Shown one piece after another: positions 48,600-61,391 of a stretch of DNA of 64,000 nucleotides. A program made the translations under genes and the position numbers. The first letter of the stretch is position 1. Each line of letters begins with the position of its first letter. The DNA comes from Octopus sinensis (lineage: Eukaryota), in NCBI RefSeq assembly GCF_006345805.1, contig NC_043000.1, positions 86,304,001 through 86,368,000 on the forward strand, written 5' to 3'. The notes under the pieces were generated by a model, which was not told the origin of the DNA, ran no database searches, and was given only the letters and a program-made list of their open reading frames with translations.

Positions 48600-50756
48600 A
48601 TATATATATATATATATATTAATGTTATTTTCAATCAATGAACAATCAAAATAGTAAAATACTTCAAAGAGAATGCTAATTTATATAAAATGAATATTAA
48701 ATTTAGAAGAAATGGTATGAAAATAAATGAGGGTATCTGAATTCAACACAAAACTCAAAATTTTTAAGGAGGCAAATAGTGGATTGAAATGAACTCTGGC
48801 ATTTGACTGGCACTTATTTTATCAACCTTAGATGGAAGACAAGCAAAGTTGACTGGGTAGGATTTTAACTTTGAAAATTAAAGATGTTAATGCAGAAAGT
48901 ATTTCAATCTAGATATTTTAATATTAAAAAGTGAAATAATACTAAGGATGATTGAGAATAAAATATTTATGATATATTTTTACTATTTTACATCAATTAT
49001 TCCATTCTTCACTGATTGTTTAAAAGTAGGAAAGGCATTCAACTGTAATATCTTTCCTAGATATTTGTGGTTAGTGTCACTACATGTCGAAATCTTTTAA
49101 AAACATTTTAATGAATCATATAGATGTAATTTTTGATGCTGAATCTGAATTTGTTATTCATTTATTCCACAAACATTTTGTAAAAATGTTACAGGTGTTC
49201 AAAGTTTGGTAATTTTCAGAATTTTCAGCCAATCAGAAAACAGTGCATTTGCTGCCTCTTCCATCACTGTCACAATAGCAAGAAGGGATGGGGGCACCAG
49301 CATATCAAAACATTAAACTAGCTACAGTAAACAGTGAAACACATTAAAAGATTCGCAAGCAAATTAAAGATTTAAAAGCTACGAACAAACCAACAGACAC
49401 TGCTAGAAATAACAGTCAAAACATTGCTTAAAAAGACATTTATTAGTTTAAAAAATCAAGAACAAAAGTTTGCAATACACTCTAGGATTTTATAAAATAC
49501 ATTCTAGGATTTTATAAAATAATTTATCTCCTTCTCCACATAGATTCACAAAGATAAGAATCAACCATGTAATGGTGGGTCCCACACTAGCGTTTGTTTC
49601 CCACACTTTAAATATGCTCAAGTACTTTTAATTTGTTGATTACATTCAATTTGGTGGTTACACTCCTTGTGTATATGCACAGCATCTTTGGTTACTACAG
49701 AAACAGAGTTCTTCGCAATCAGCTATGGAACATGTGGTGCTTCTTTGCTTAATATGCTAACAGAACTTCATGGTGATGTGTAAAATATTCACTTCTGATT
49801 GCGTGCCAAAATGAAGACATTTGAAAAGTAACCACGAGTGTAATAGGTAGAACTATATACAAGTCCCACTTTGTGCGGATGTCCTAGTGTATAGTTCTGC
49901 AAATTATATTTGTATGGACGGTCACACCGAAGATCTACGGACAAATTGCATAAGTAAAATTACGTAATCTGTTAACAGTGAAACATGTATATGAATAATC
50001 CATATTTTTGTTGCTTTTCTTTTGTCTTGCTCGCTTACATTCTGGTGTTTGCTAAATTTTTCTTGAGAACATTTCTTAGTGGTAAGACCATAGTGGATCT
50101 ACTTCTAGCATAAGGGTGGTCCACATAGTGTTCATCCCTCTCATATGCATATAATACAATTTACTGAACCTTCAGATTTTTATATGCTAGACCACTGGTG
50201 TGAAATTGGTGTTAATTAAATTAATATCCAATTTCTCACCCTCATTTTAAATTTATATATATATATATATATTTCATCATCATTTTAATGTGCACTTTTC
50301 CATGCTTGCAAGGGTTGGATGGAGTTTACTGAAGCAGATTTTCTATGGTTGGACCCCACTTTTTTCACCAACCTTTATTTGTTCTGAAGCAAGTTAATAT
50401 TCTCTCTGTAGCTAGATATGTTTTTGCAGAATATTAGAAATGAATGGCATTCATTTACAACAATTAGGTGATGTCCAGACTATGACACACACACACATGT
50501 AATGATTATGAAAGTGTAGAGCTATAAAAGGATAAAATTCATATAGCTTTATATTTTCATTTGACCTAAAACATTTGAAAAATTTTGCCAATATTTTGTC
50601 TGATAAAAATTGCTTATCTTAAAATGGTATTAGTGACAGAAGTCTTATAACAAACATCCAGCTAGGAACAGCCATATGACTTTGAAAAGAGTTAACATTG
50701 TCATAGAACTGGATTGTTATCGTTGTAGTAGTAGTAGTAATTAATAATAATAATTA

Positions 50757-50789
<33 letters not shown>

Positions 50790-51811
50790 GTAATCAATCA
50801 GATGTGAGAATAAGAAATACTATCAATATGTATATTGAACATGGTTTCATGCTGGATGGATATCTTAATTACTTAACAGGATTCAAATACAATTCATGTA
50901 TTATTCAAAAATGATTTCAACACCATACCAACATCACTGCATAATTATTGAACACTGTTTGAATCTGTTCCAGGAAAAAAAGATATGAAATTGGAAAATG
51001 AATAAAGAAAATCTATCAATGAATTTACTGATGAGTACAAATGAATCAATATTTAGCATGGCCACAGTTGGTGTATCAAGAGAAAATTTGATAAAATTTT
51101 GAATCCTATGTTGTTGGCCTAGTAGACATTTCAGAGGCATTTCAATAGTAACCGTTAGTCTTTTTTCATTTCAGCCATAGTATTTTAAAGACTACATTAT
51201 CTAAACTGTCTTTTGCTATTTTTGAAGTCAGTATGATGTGATTTGAAAGAGAATTGACTGCTGTGTTTAGCAGGTTGAACAAACACATTAAAGCTCTGTG
51301 ATAGGCTTGTCTCAATGTTTGTTTTATGAGACACACAGTTACACACATATATATCATTGCTCATCATCATTGTAATATCCACTTTTCTAGCATGCATGGG
51401 TTAGATAGAGTTTATTGAAGCAAATTTTTTACAGCTGGATGTCCTTCCTGTCACCAACCCTCACTTCATTTCAAGAAGGTAACTTTCTTCATGAACAGAC
51501 ATATTCCCATATAATATTGGAAATAAGTCTCACTGATTATATGACAGTGACAATCACCTATAACTATCATGTGATGTATGAAATGAGATACAAATACACA
51601 CACACACACACACTTTCAATTTGAAAACTGTAGAAATGCATACATACTACACATACACACATCCTTTGTTTTATATATATATAAAACAAAGGATGTGGTA
51701 TATTGCTGTAATTTTCCATGGTGAATCTCCTTTTGTTATTCACTTGTTCTAGAAAAACTTTTAGAAAACTGTTTACTAAAAACATGCTACTAATTGATTA
51801 ATCCCAGGTCA

Positions 51812-51932
51812 TCCTGACCTCAACTCCAATTCTAACCTTAAACCCTAACTCTAACCCTAAACCCTGACCTTAAACCATAAATCTAACCCTAAACCCTAAC
51901 TCTAACCCTTAACAACAACTCTAAACCCTAAC
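51812..51932. repeat. Degenerate interstitial (CCCTAA/CCCTAAA)-like repeat
   Basis: AACCCTAACTCTAACCCTAAACCC.. units. Confidence 0.8.
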
Positions 51933-52174
51933 ATACAGGTTGTTTGTTTTGTAATATTTTGCAAAAAATTTTGTAGAGGACTTTTTTCTTTTTTAAATCA
52001 GTTACTTGGCTGTTCACATGATTTTATTTATTAAATAAAACTTATTGAAACTTCAAAACTTCTTACAACTTTCATTGTCAAGTGTTTTGCTTTCATTTCA
52101 TTTAATAAAAATTTGTTGTCTTAATGTTTGCTTTCATGCTGAAAATGCCAGCTTCAAAACCCTCTTTTCTGACT

Positions 52175-53071
52175 CATCATCATCATCATCATCTTCATCA
52201 TCGTTTAACATCTGTTTTCCATGCTAGCATGGGTTGGACGATTTGACTGAGGACTGGTGAACCAGGTGGCTGCACCAGGCTCCAATATGATCTGGCAGAG
52301 TTTCTACAGCTGGATGCCCTTCCTAACGTCAACAACTCCGAGAGTGTAGTGTGTGCTTTTACATGCCACCAGCATGAGGGCCAGTCAGGCGGTACTGGCA
52401 ACGGCCATGCTCAAATGGTGTTTTTTACATGCCACCTGCACAGGAGCCAGTTCAGAGGCACTGGCAACGACCTCACTCGAATGTCTTTTCATGTGCCACC
52501 AGCATAAGTGCCAGTAAGGCAACGCTGGTAACGATCACGCTCAAATGGTGCTTTTTACATGCCACCAGCACAGAAACCAGTTTGCTGGTCTGGCAATGAT
52601 CACGCTTGGATGGTGCTCTTCGTGCTCCACTAGCATCGAATTTGATTTTGACTTCGATTTCACTTGCCTCAACAGGTTTTCGCAAGCAGAGTTTAGTGTC
52701 CAATGAAGGAAAGGTACACATAAGTGGGCTGGTTACACCACTGGCATAGGCCATGAGGTCCTGGGTCTACCTCTTCCACAGGTTCCCTCAACTGCTAGGG
52801 TATGGCACTTTTTCACACAGCTATCCTCATCCATTCTCACCACATGGCCATACCAGCACAGTCGTCTCTCTTGGACACCACATCTGATGCACCTTAGGTT
52901 CAACTTTTCTCTCAAGGTACTAACTCTCTGTTGAGTATGTACACTGACATTACACATCCATCAGAGCATATTGGCTTCATTCCTTGCGAGCTTACGCATG
53001 TCCTCAGCAGTCACAGCCCATGTTTCACTGTCATGTAGCATGGCTGTTTGTACACATGCATCATACAGTCT
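52175..53071 (-). mobile_element. RTE (family 1) 3' fragment
   Basis: Minus frame CNVSVHTQQRVSTLREKLNLRCIRCGVQERRLCWYGHV..GRGRPR; 3'UTR minisatellite; (GAT)n tail. Confidence 0.9.
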
Positions 53072-53610
53072 ACATAATTGGGTAAAAATAATCAAATTGC
53101 AAACCTCAGTAACATTTTTATAAAATCTTTCTGGAACAAGTGAATAACGAAATCAGATTCAGTGTGAAAAATTACTTCATTATACCAAATTTGAAAATTT
53201 TCCTTTAATTTTAAAATTTCAAAAGCTGAGACTGCAACAGAAAAGACTCAAAAGCTTTTGCAAAAAATTACTTGGAATAACTGAAAAAACATTCTTTTTT
53301 AATGATCAACTATTTAAAAAAAATTTTTTAACCAAACAAAATTTTATTTAGCAGAATATCACCACCATCCTTTGTGGAGGAAGTTCATATATATGTAATA
53401 TTTTATGTCTGGTGTAAATTTTGTGTGTAAGCACTTTTGTTTTTCAACTTTTCAAACTCAGGTGTTCCCAACAAATGCATAAAGCGGAAGCTGTCTTCTT
53501 TGTAATGGTGCTAACTATTTCCAGTTTTGGATTTAGAATTTTTGTAAAGTATTCTTCATTTGTCTTTTGTAGTTGATCATTTTCGTCTGTGATATATATA
53601 TATATATATA

Positions 53611-53916
53611 TCACCTTCATCATCATCACTTAATGTCTGCCTTCCATGCTGGCATGGGTGAGACGGTTTGACAGGAGCTGGCCATGCAGAGGTCCACACC
53701 AGACTTCTGTGACTGTTTTGGCAGGAGCTTTACAGTTAGATGCCCTTTGTAACACCAACCAACCACTCAGCAGAGTGAACCTAGTGCTTATTATATGGCA
53801 CAAGCAAGGTTTTTACAGCTGGATGCCCTTCCAAATGCCAACCATTTATAGTGTGGACTGGATGCTTTTTAAGTGGCACCTGCACAGACAGGGTCACTAA
53901 GTACCTTGCAAAACCA

Positions 53917-53947
<31 letters not shown>

Positions 53948-54251
53948 ATCACCTTCATCATCATCACTTAATGTCTGCCTTCCATGCTGGCATGGGTGAG
54001 ACGGTTTGACAGGAGCTGGCCATGCAGAGGTCCACACCAGACTTCTGTGACTGTTTTGGCAGGAGCTTTACAGTTAGATGCCCTTTGTAACACCAACCAA
54101 CCACTCAGCAGAGTGAACCTAGTGCTTATTATATGGCACAAGCAAGGTTTTTACAGCTGGATGCCCTTCCAAATGCCAACCATTTATAGTGTGGACTGGA
54201 TGCTTTTTAAGTGGCACCTGCACAGACAGGGTCACTAAGTACCTTGCAAAA

Positions 54252-54256
<5 letters not shown>
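53611..54256. repeat. Exact tandem duplication, period 338 bp (308-bp unit plus (TA)n)
   Basis: 53611-53918 is identical by eye to 53949-54256; the unit is a composite of RTE-tail/SINE pieces on the minus strand. Confidence 0.95.
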
Positions 54257-54294
<38 letters not shown>

Positions 54295-54299
54295 TTATC

Positions 54300-54985
54300 C
54301 TAATCATCATTTAATGTCTGCCTTCCATGCTGGTATGGTTGGGATAGTTTTGGCAGGATTTTTACAGCTGGATGCCCTTCCAAATGTCAACCACTTTACA
54401 GTGTGGACTGGGTGCTTTTAAGTGGCACCTGCACTGACAGGGTCACCAAGTACTTGCAAGACAAAAAAAAACTCTTTTGAGAGGAGAGGGGGCATTGGAG
54501 GAGGTGATCTTGTGTCGGATGATGAAAGGTTATAGTGAGGCAGAGAGAAAGAAACAGATATCTTGCTGTAGAGGAGGAAGAGGATTACCCGGCCGGAGAG
54601 GGAGAGAGAGAGAGAGAGAGAAATCAGGAATGAAGACAGAAACAAGTGCGCTTCCTGAGGGAAGTGCAGGAGAAGGAGATAGAGAGGGTGGGAGACAGCA
54701 GGATAGAGATGGCAGCAAAGTGTCGGGCATACTCACAAGCGACAGGGATCAGAATATAAATAGGATAGTTGAGTAAAGTAAGAGAGAGATATAGATGGTG
54801 GCAAGTGCTAGGGCATACCCTCGAGGTTTGAACTCTATAATAAAAAGCGGTTCAGCAAAAGAGCCCAATAGAGTAAGTACTAGGCTTACAAAGAATAAGT
54901 CCTGGGGTCGATTTATTCAGCTGAAAGCAGTGCTCCAGCATGGTTACAGTCAAATGACTGAAACAAGTAAAAGAGTAAAAGACTA
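54300..54985. mobile_element. Cluster of non-autonomous retroelement pieces (minus-strand RTE-tail SINE plus 3' end of family-A SINE)
   Basis: TTTAATGTCTGCCTTCCATGCTGG start; AATAAGTCCTGGGGTCGATTT..AAGTAAAAGAGTAAAAGA end. Confidence 0.65.
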
Positions 54986-55470
54986 TATATAATGTGCTTG
55001 TTTCAGTTTCTCTCTATTAAATCCACTCACAAGGCTTTGGTCAGCCCAAGGCTGTAACAGTAAACACTTGCCCAAAGTGGGACTGAACTTGAAACCATGG
55101 GATTGTGAAGCAACTTTCTGAAGCTTTTGCTTGTGCATGTGTGTGTATGTATGTATACACACAGATATATATGTATACGAATGATATGAAAGCAAAGAGC
55201 ACCTCTCTCTCTCTCTTATTATATTTATTTTTCTAGTTTCTGTATTTTAATGGTGATCTGTGAAACATTCAAAAACAAAATTATTGCCATATAAAATATC
55301 CAAGAGACGTAATATTGTTGTCCATTGTAAGCAAACATATACTTTATGCATACACACATGTATATTTATGTGTGTGTGTGTGTGCATGTATATGTGTGTG
55401 AATCTATGAATGTATGTATGAATACATATATATATGTGTGTGTGTGTGTGTGTGAGTGTGCATATATATG

Positions 55471-55513
<43 letters not shown>

Positions 55514-55514
55514 G

Positions 55515-55583
<69 letters not shown>

Positions 55584-55859
55584 ATATATCTAGCAGTCAT
55601 CACGACAGCTGGCTTTGTCATTGCCTTATTCACCAAAAATACACACACACACACACACACATGCACGCACAAACACACTTGTCATCTTGCACACACACAC
55701 ACACACACACAGCCATTCTTTTTTGGGAACTCTCTTGCATTATAAAACCATATTTCAACTACCTCCAAATTCTGTTCTTTCAACATGTGATCTCTTAAGC
55801 ACCACCAGCTCAAATATTTTCTCCTCTGTCTTCCCTCCTTGGGACCTTTCTTTCTCCTT

Positions 55860-55894
55860 GTTTCCGACGAAGAGCTCCGCTCGAAACGTTAAAC
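55860..55894 (+). ncRNA. Minimal type I hammerhead motif (dimer type)
   Basis: GTTT / CCGACGA-A / GAGC(TCC)GCTC / GAAAC-GTT / AAAC; U4C variant; stem III is the palindrome AACGTT with no loop. Confidence 0.7.
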
Positions 55895-56006
55895 CCTCCT
55901 TCCCTTCTTTCCTGAGCGTCAATAATACTTTAATTGTTCCACGTCTTGCGTTGCTGTGTTTTTTTCTCTTTTTTCTGTGTTTTCTTGTTTGGATTAACTA
56001 TATATA

Positions 56007-56116
<110 letters not shown>

Positions 56117-56120
56117 CATA

Positions 56121-56196
<76 letters not shown>

Positions 56197-56197
<1 letters not shown>

Positions 56198-57492
56198 AAG
56201 GCAGGCAAATCACAAACGCCTTCAGGTAGATGGCCCTGCTTGATCTGTAGAAAAGGCGTAGGTAGAAACTCTATAAGATGCACCAAGTGTAAGCTATGGA
56301 CACATAAGAGGTGCAGCAATGTCAAAGGAAGGCTAACTGGGAAGATAGTTTTTGTATGTGGCAGATGTTCAGGAGCAATAAACGCTGAAAATGTTCAGAG
56401 ACCAACTTCTGCCACATTCCAGGGAGAAAAACTAGAAATAGTTGATAGCTTCCGTTACCTAGGTAACCAAGTCAGTAGCAGGAGTGGGTGTGCTGGAAGT
56501 GTAACTGCTAGAGTAAGAATAGCCTGGGCAAAGTTCAGAGAGCTCTTACCTCTGCTGGTGACTAAAGGCCTCTCGCTCAGAGTAAAAGGCAGACTGTATG
56601 ACGCATGTATACGAACAGCCACGCTACATGACAGTGAAACTTGGTCTGTGACTGCTGAGGATATGCGTAAGCTCGTAAGAAATGAAGCCAGTATGCTCCG
56701 ATGGAGGTGTAATGTCAGTGTTCATACTTAACAGAGTGTAAGTACCTTGAGAGAAAAGTTGGACCTAAGAAGCATCAGTTGTGGTGTGCAAGAGAGACGT
56801 TTGCGCTGGTATGGTCCTGTAGCGAGAATGGATGAAGATAGTTGTGTGAAAAAGTGCCACACCCTAGCGGTCGAGGGAACCTGTGGAAGAGGTAGACCCA
56901 GGAAAACCTGGGATGAGGTGGTGAAGCACGACCTTCGAACTTTAGGTCTCACCGAAGAAATGACCTGAGACTGAGACCTTTGGAAGTATGCTGTGCGTGG
57001 GAAGACCCGGCAGGACAAGTGAGACCATAACCCGTGGCCTCTACCTGGAATGTAGCCAGCCCACTTATGCATACCTTTCCTTCTTGTGACACAAACCCTA
57101 CTTGTGAAGACCTGTTGAGGCAAGTGAAAATCAACATCAATGGAAATTGTAGCTGTGATACCAGTGCTGGCGGCATGTAAGAGAACCATCCGAACATGGC
57201 TGTTGCCAGCACCGCCCCGACTGGTCTCCGGGCCGGTGGCACATAAAAAGCACCATCCGATTGTGGCCGTTGCCAGCCTCGTCTGGCCCCCATGCCAGTG
57301 GCACGTAAAAAGTATCATCTGATCGTGACCGTTTGCCAGCCTCATCTGGCACCTGTGCAGGTGGCACGTAAAGTGCACCCAGATCAGACTGGGCCTGGCA
57401 CAGCCTTCTGGCTTCCCAGACCCCAGTTGAACCATCCAACCCATGCTAGCATGGAAAATGGAGGTTAAACGATGATGATAATGATGATGATG

Positions 57493-57495
<3 letters not shown>
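56197..57495 (+). mobile_element. RTE (family 1) 3' 1.3-kb fragment, best preserved copy
   Basis: PHD-like Cys cluster, FRYLG, WAKFRELLPLL, RLRWYG, GRGRPRKTW; ORF2 ends near 57022; about 60-bp 3'UTR repeats; (GAT)n tail. Confidence 0.95.
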
Positions 57496-57532
<37 letters not shown>

Positions 57533-57607
57533 AGTTGCCATGATAAATCGTTAGCCACTACACACATTTTTCTCTCTCCTTGTTTCTCTCCTTGTTTTTT
57601 CTGTGTC

Positions 57608-57646
57608 CCTTTCTGTAGAAGAGTGTAGGCTCGAAACGTAAAAGAC
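57608..57646 (+). ncRNA. Minimal type I hammerhead-like motif, mutated core, same family as 15738
   Basis: CTTT / CTGTAGA-A / GAGT(GTAG)GCTC / GAAAC-GTA / AAAG; flanks 57535-57735 align with 15680-15880. Confidence 0.6.
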
Positions 57647-59242
57647 TTTTTCAATTCCTGAGCGTTATACTAATACATCTGTTTCTTTTGTACACCACCT
57701 GTCTTTGTCTTTTGTTTTTTTCGTAAACTCTCCCTATATATATATATATATATCTATATATAAAACTGAAATGTGTTTGGACCACATCGATCGCTTTCAA
57801 GGCCACTACATCCCGTCGGATTGACTCCAAAATTTACAGGGACATGTAAAATGAGGTGACGATGCCCGTGGGCTATGTTAGAAATCCCTATCTTAAAAGT
57901 TGTCGTTGCTAGGGCCAAAAACCCACTTTGACAAGTCCACTCCCATTCTTTAATGTATCTCTCTTCCTCACTCACACTATTTCCTCCCTTCCCAGCACAT
58001 TTTCACTCACTCTATTTCCTACCTTCCCATCACTTTCACTTCATCAAACGGCGTTCTTTTATGTATCTGTCTGCATTCATAGAGAGAATTATCATCGCCA
58101 CTACCAACACCACACAATCATGACAACAAATATTATGAATCTCGCCATCGCATTCTATTGTCTGCCTGTCAACGCACCGATGGAGCAAATACAAACAGAA
58201 CACACCAACGAGCATTTGTGTTCTGGTGATAACATAGGTTTTTCGTATCTATTACATTTTAACATTTATTTAGAACCCTGCAAATTTTTCTTGCTAAATT
58301 TTCATTTTTTACTACTTTATTATTTTTTCTTAAATTGATGCTTTTATTAAAATTAATTCTAATTGTCTGGGTCAACAGTTCGTTTCCTCGGAGGATATGG
58401 AAATTCCTATTACCCATCAGACAAATAACTCCAGCACCTCACAACTATTTCAACAAAGACAACGTTACCTGCTTACCAGTCGAATTCAGCGTCAACGCTC
58501 ACGTATGAGAGAGACTCCAACACACACACACACACACATATATACATATATATATATATATAATGTGTGGATTATGTGGTCGGTTGAGCTGAAAATATGC
58601 AGACCTATGTTAAAAGTGCTGGCACGTTTGCATGACAACTATTTTTTTTCCTCAAATGAAAGGCGTGACCTCTAGGACAAAATTCCTCATCTTATAAAAT
58701 GTGGCCCCAGTAGACCCAAATGAAATCGGGTTATATTAACCAAAATGTGAAAAGGGGTCTAAATGGGGTTGGAAGGGGATTAAAATTTAAAGGAGCGGGT
58801 GTTTAGGAATTCTCTGTTACATCAAGCTAAAAAATTTGTGCCAGCCTTTTAATCGTCAATGTGTTGCCGTCCATGATGAAGAAGTTTTGAATGCTTGCCA
58901 TGGTGAGTCTACTGTCATGAGAAAGAATCACTTCAAAACTTGGTGTTTACGAATTTTCTTTTACATCAAGTTCAAAATTTTACGCCAGCTGTTAAACTGT
59001 CAAAACGTTGCTGTCCGTCGTTAAGAAATGCCAGCCATGGTGACTCTACTATCCTCAGATTCTATCCCTTCAAACTTTGGTTTCCAATATTTTATTATTT
59101 TTATTCAGCTCGCAAGTTCATCTGTCCCTTTTAAATGTTAGTGTTTTGCTGTCTGCCTTGAAGCAGACCTTTCCGTTGTTACTGCCTGATATTTATGATT
59201 GATCTTTCTAAATATTTTATTTCTCAACTTACTCAAGATCTT

Positions 59243-59244
<2 letters not shown>

Positions 59245-59274
<30 letters not shown>

Positions 59275-59803
59275 TTAACGGCCGCTTTTCATGCTAGCAT
59301 GGGTTGGACGGTTCAACTGGAGTCTGGGAAGCCCGAAGGCTGCACCAGGCCAGTCAGATCTGGCGGTGTTTCTACAGCTGGATGCCCTTCCTAACGCCAA
59401 CTACTCCGTGAGTGTAGTGGGTGATTTTTATGTGCCACCGACACAGGTGCCAGACGAGGCTGGCACAGCCACGATCGGATGGTGTTTGTTACGTGCCACC
59501 AGCATGGAGGCCAGTCGATGCGGTGCTGGCTACGGCCACGTTCGAAAGGTTCTCTTATGTGCCACTGGCACTGGTACCACAAACTACAAATTCCATTGAT
59601 ATGGATCGATTTTGATTTTGATTTGATTCTTTGATTTTGATTTTCACTTGCCTGCCTCAACAGGTTTTCACAAGTAGAGTTATGAGTCCCAAGAAGGAAG
59701 GTATGCACAGGTGGACTAACTACGTCCCAGGTAGGGGCCACGGGTTATGGCCTCACTTCTCCTGCCGGGTCTTCTCACGCACAGCATACTTCCAAAGGTC
59801 TCG
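59245..59803 (-). mobile_element. RTE (family 1) 3'UTR fragment
   Basis: Reverse complement resembles 56970-57495. Confidence 0.9.
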
Positions 59804-59938
59804 GCATACTTTTGTTGTTTATAAATGGGAGAGAGATAAAGATAGAGAGTAAGAGAAAGTGAGGGAGAGTCCGAGAGAAAGGAAGAGTAAGAGAGTGGGG
59901 AAAGTGAGAGAGAAAGGAGAGAGAAACAAAGAGGGAGA

Positions 59939-60258
59939 ATCATCATCATCATCATCATCATCATCATTTAACATCCGTTTTCCATGCTAGCACGGGTTCG
60001 ACAGTTTGACCGGGGTCTGGGAAGCCAGGAGGATGCACCAGGCTCCAGTCCGATCTAGCAGTGTTTCTACAGGTGGATGCCCTTCATAACACCAACCACT
60101 CTGTGAGCGTAGTGGGTGCTTTTTTCGTGCCGCCGGCACAGGTGCCAGGTGGGCTAGCAGTGGCCACGATCGGTTGGTGCTTTTTATGTGCCACCGGCAC
60201 AGAAGCCAGTCAAGGCGGTGCTGCAATCGGCCACGTTTGGATGGTGCTTTTTACGTGC
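59939..60258 (-). mobile_element. RTE (family 1) 3'UTR fragment
   Basis: (CAT)n tail and three repeat units. Confidence 0.87.
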
Positions 60259-60294
60259 TGAAAGGAAGCAACAGAAAGTAACAACCACACTCTT

Positions 60295-60326
60295 ACCCGC
60301 GTGTAGAGCGGGTCACCTTCAGCTAG
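60295..60326 (+). mobile_element. Helitron-like 3' terminus remnant
   Basis: Hairpin ACCCGC-GTGTAGA-GCGGGT, 9 nt, then CTAG. Confidence 0.4.
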
Positions 60327-61347
60327 CATATATATATATATATATATATAAACAGATACATATTTTAGCAGCTGCCTTTCATCCTGTTGCAAAGCAAAAG
60401 AGTAAACTAATGTTAATAAGACACATACACACACATGTCCTTGTTATTCTCATTATTTAACGTTTAAACGAGTTTATTAGGTTTGCAATTCAACATCTCT
60501 TTATACTTCATAATCTTCTTATGGCGTTTGAAGTAGAAAGCTCTCTGCTATTAATCTAGAAGACCAACAATATGATGAAATGCCGACCAGACAAACCCAT
60601 AACTTGTGTGTGTGTGTGTATCTGGTACTGGATCGATCCCAAAATCTAATCAGTTCGTGCCAGTTACGAGGCCAAACATCCCTGAAAGTTTCATCTAAAT
60701 CCATCCAGCAGTTCTTGAGATATTTTGAAACAAATGCGACTGCAAACAATACCTCCACCTTCACTAAACTCTCTTTAAAACAAGGGTTAGCATCTGGGAA
60801 GTCATTTGGTTATAGAATACTGCCTCGAGTTTCATCCTACCCCTGCCAAGATGGAAAATGTGAGCAAGAAAAAAGCTATTGATAGAGAACAAAATGAGAG
60901 CAGAAAATGGCAATACCTTTTGGTCTTTTTCTATCTTTTCTTTCTCTCGTTCTGTCTATTTCTCAGTCTGTTAATCAGTTTAAGTCATTTGATTAAGATC
61001 TTGAAACCATTAGAAAGTAAACCAGATTAGGGAATTCAGAAACCCAGCAGTATGTTGTACTGCATATCAGGACGAAGTTGATGGAGTAAGGATAATTGTG
61101 GTGATGGTGACACTACTGCTACTCTTAACATCAACAGAGGAGTTCCCCAACATTTACTAAGTTTAAATTAATGATTACAAATATTTTTGTAAGATAAAAC
61201 AAGCATGCCTACATGCAAAATAAACACTTTGAAAGTATTTGTAAGCTTTTGTGTATGTGTAAACACAAACACATTCATTCACATGTGTCTATGTTTATAT
61301 ATATGCACAAATATTTTCGAATGTATGTGTATATGTACATATCTATG

Positions 61348-61391
<44 letters not shown>

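Noticed and set aside
53611-54256. 338-bp tandem as a non-LTR retrozyme
   Set aside because: The size fits, but I found no CUGANGA/GAAA hammerhead core in the unit.
56728-57654. 308-aa minus-strand ORF
   Set aside because: It is antisense to the RTE 3' end and its GC-richer repeats, with no recognisable domain.
58360-58440. Minus-strand CTGATGG...GAAAC hammerhead-like remnant
   Set aside because: A9 is mutated, and no closing G-C pair or convincing stem II/III could be drawn.
58830-59190. hAT transposase C-terminal remnant
   Set aside because: Only vague residues (LEADL, PDI) are seen, which is insufficient without a profile search.
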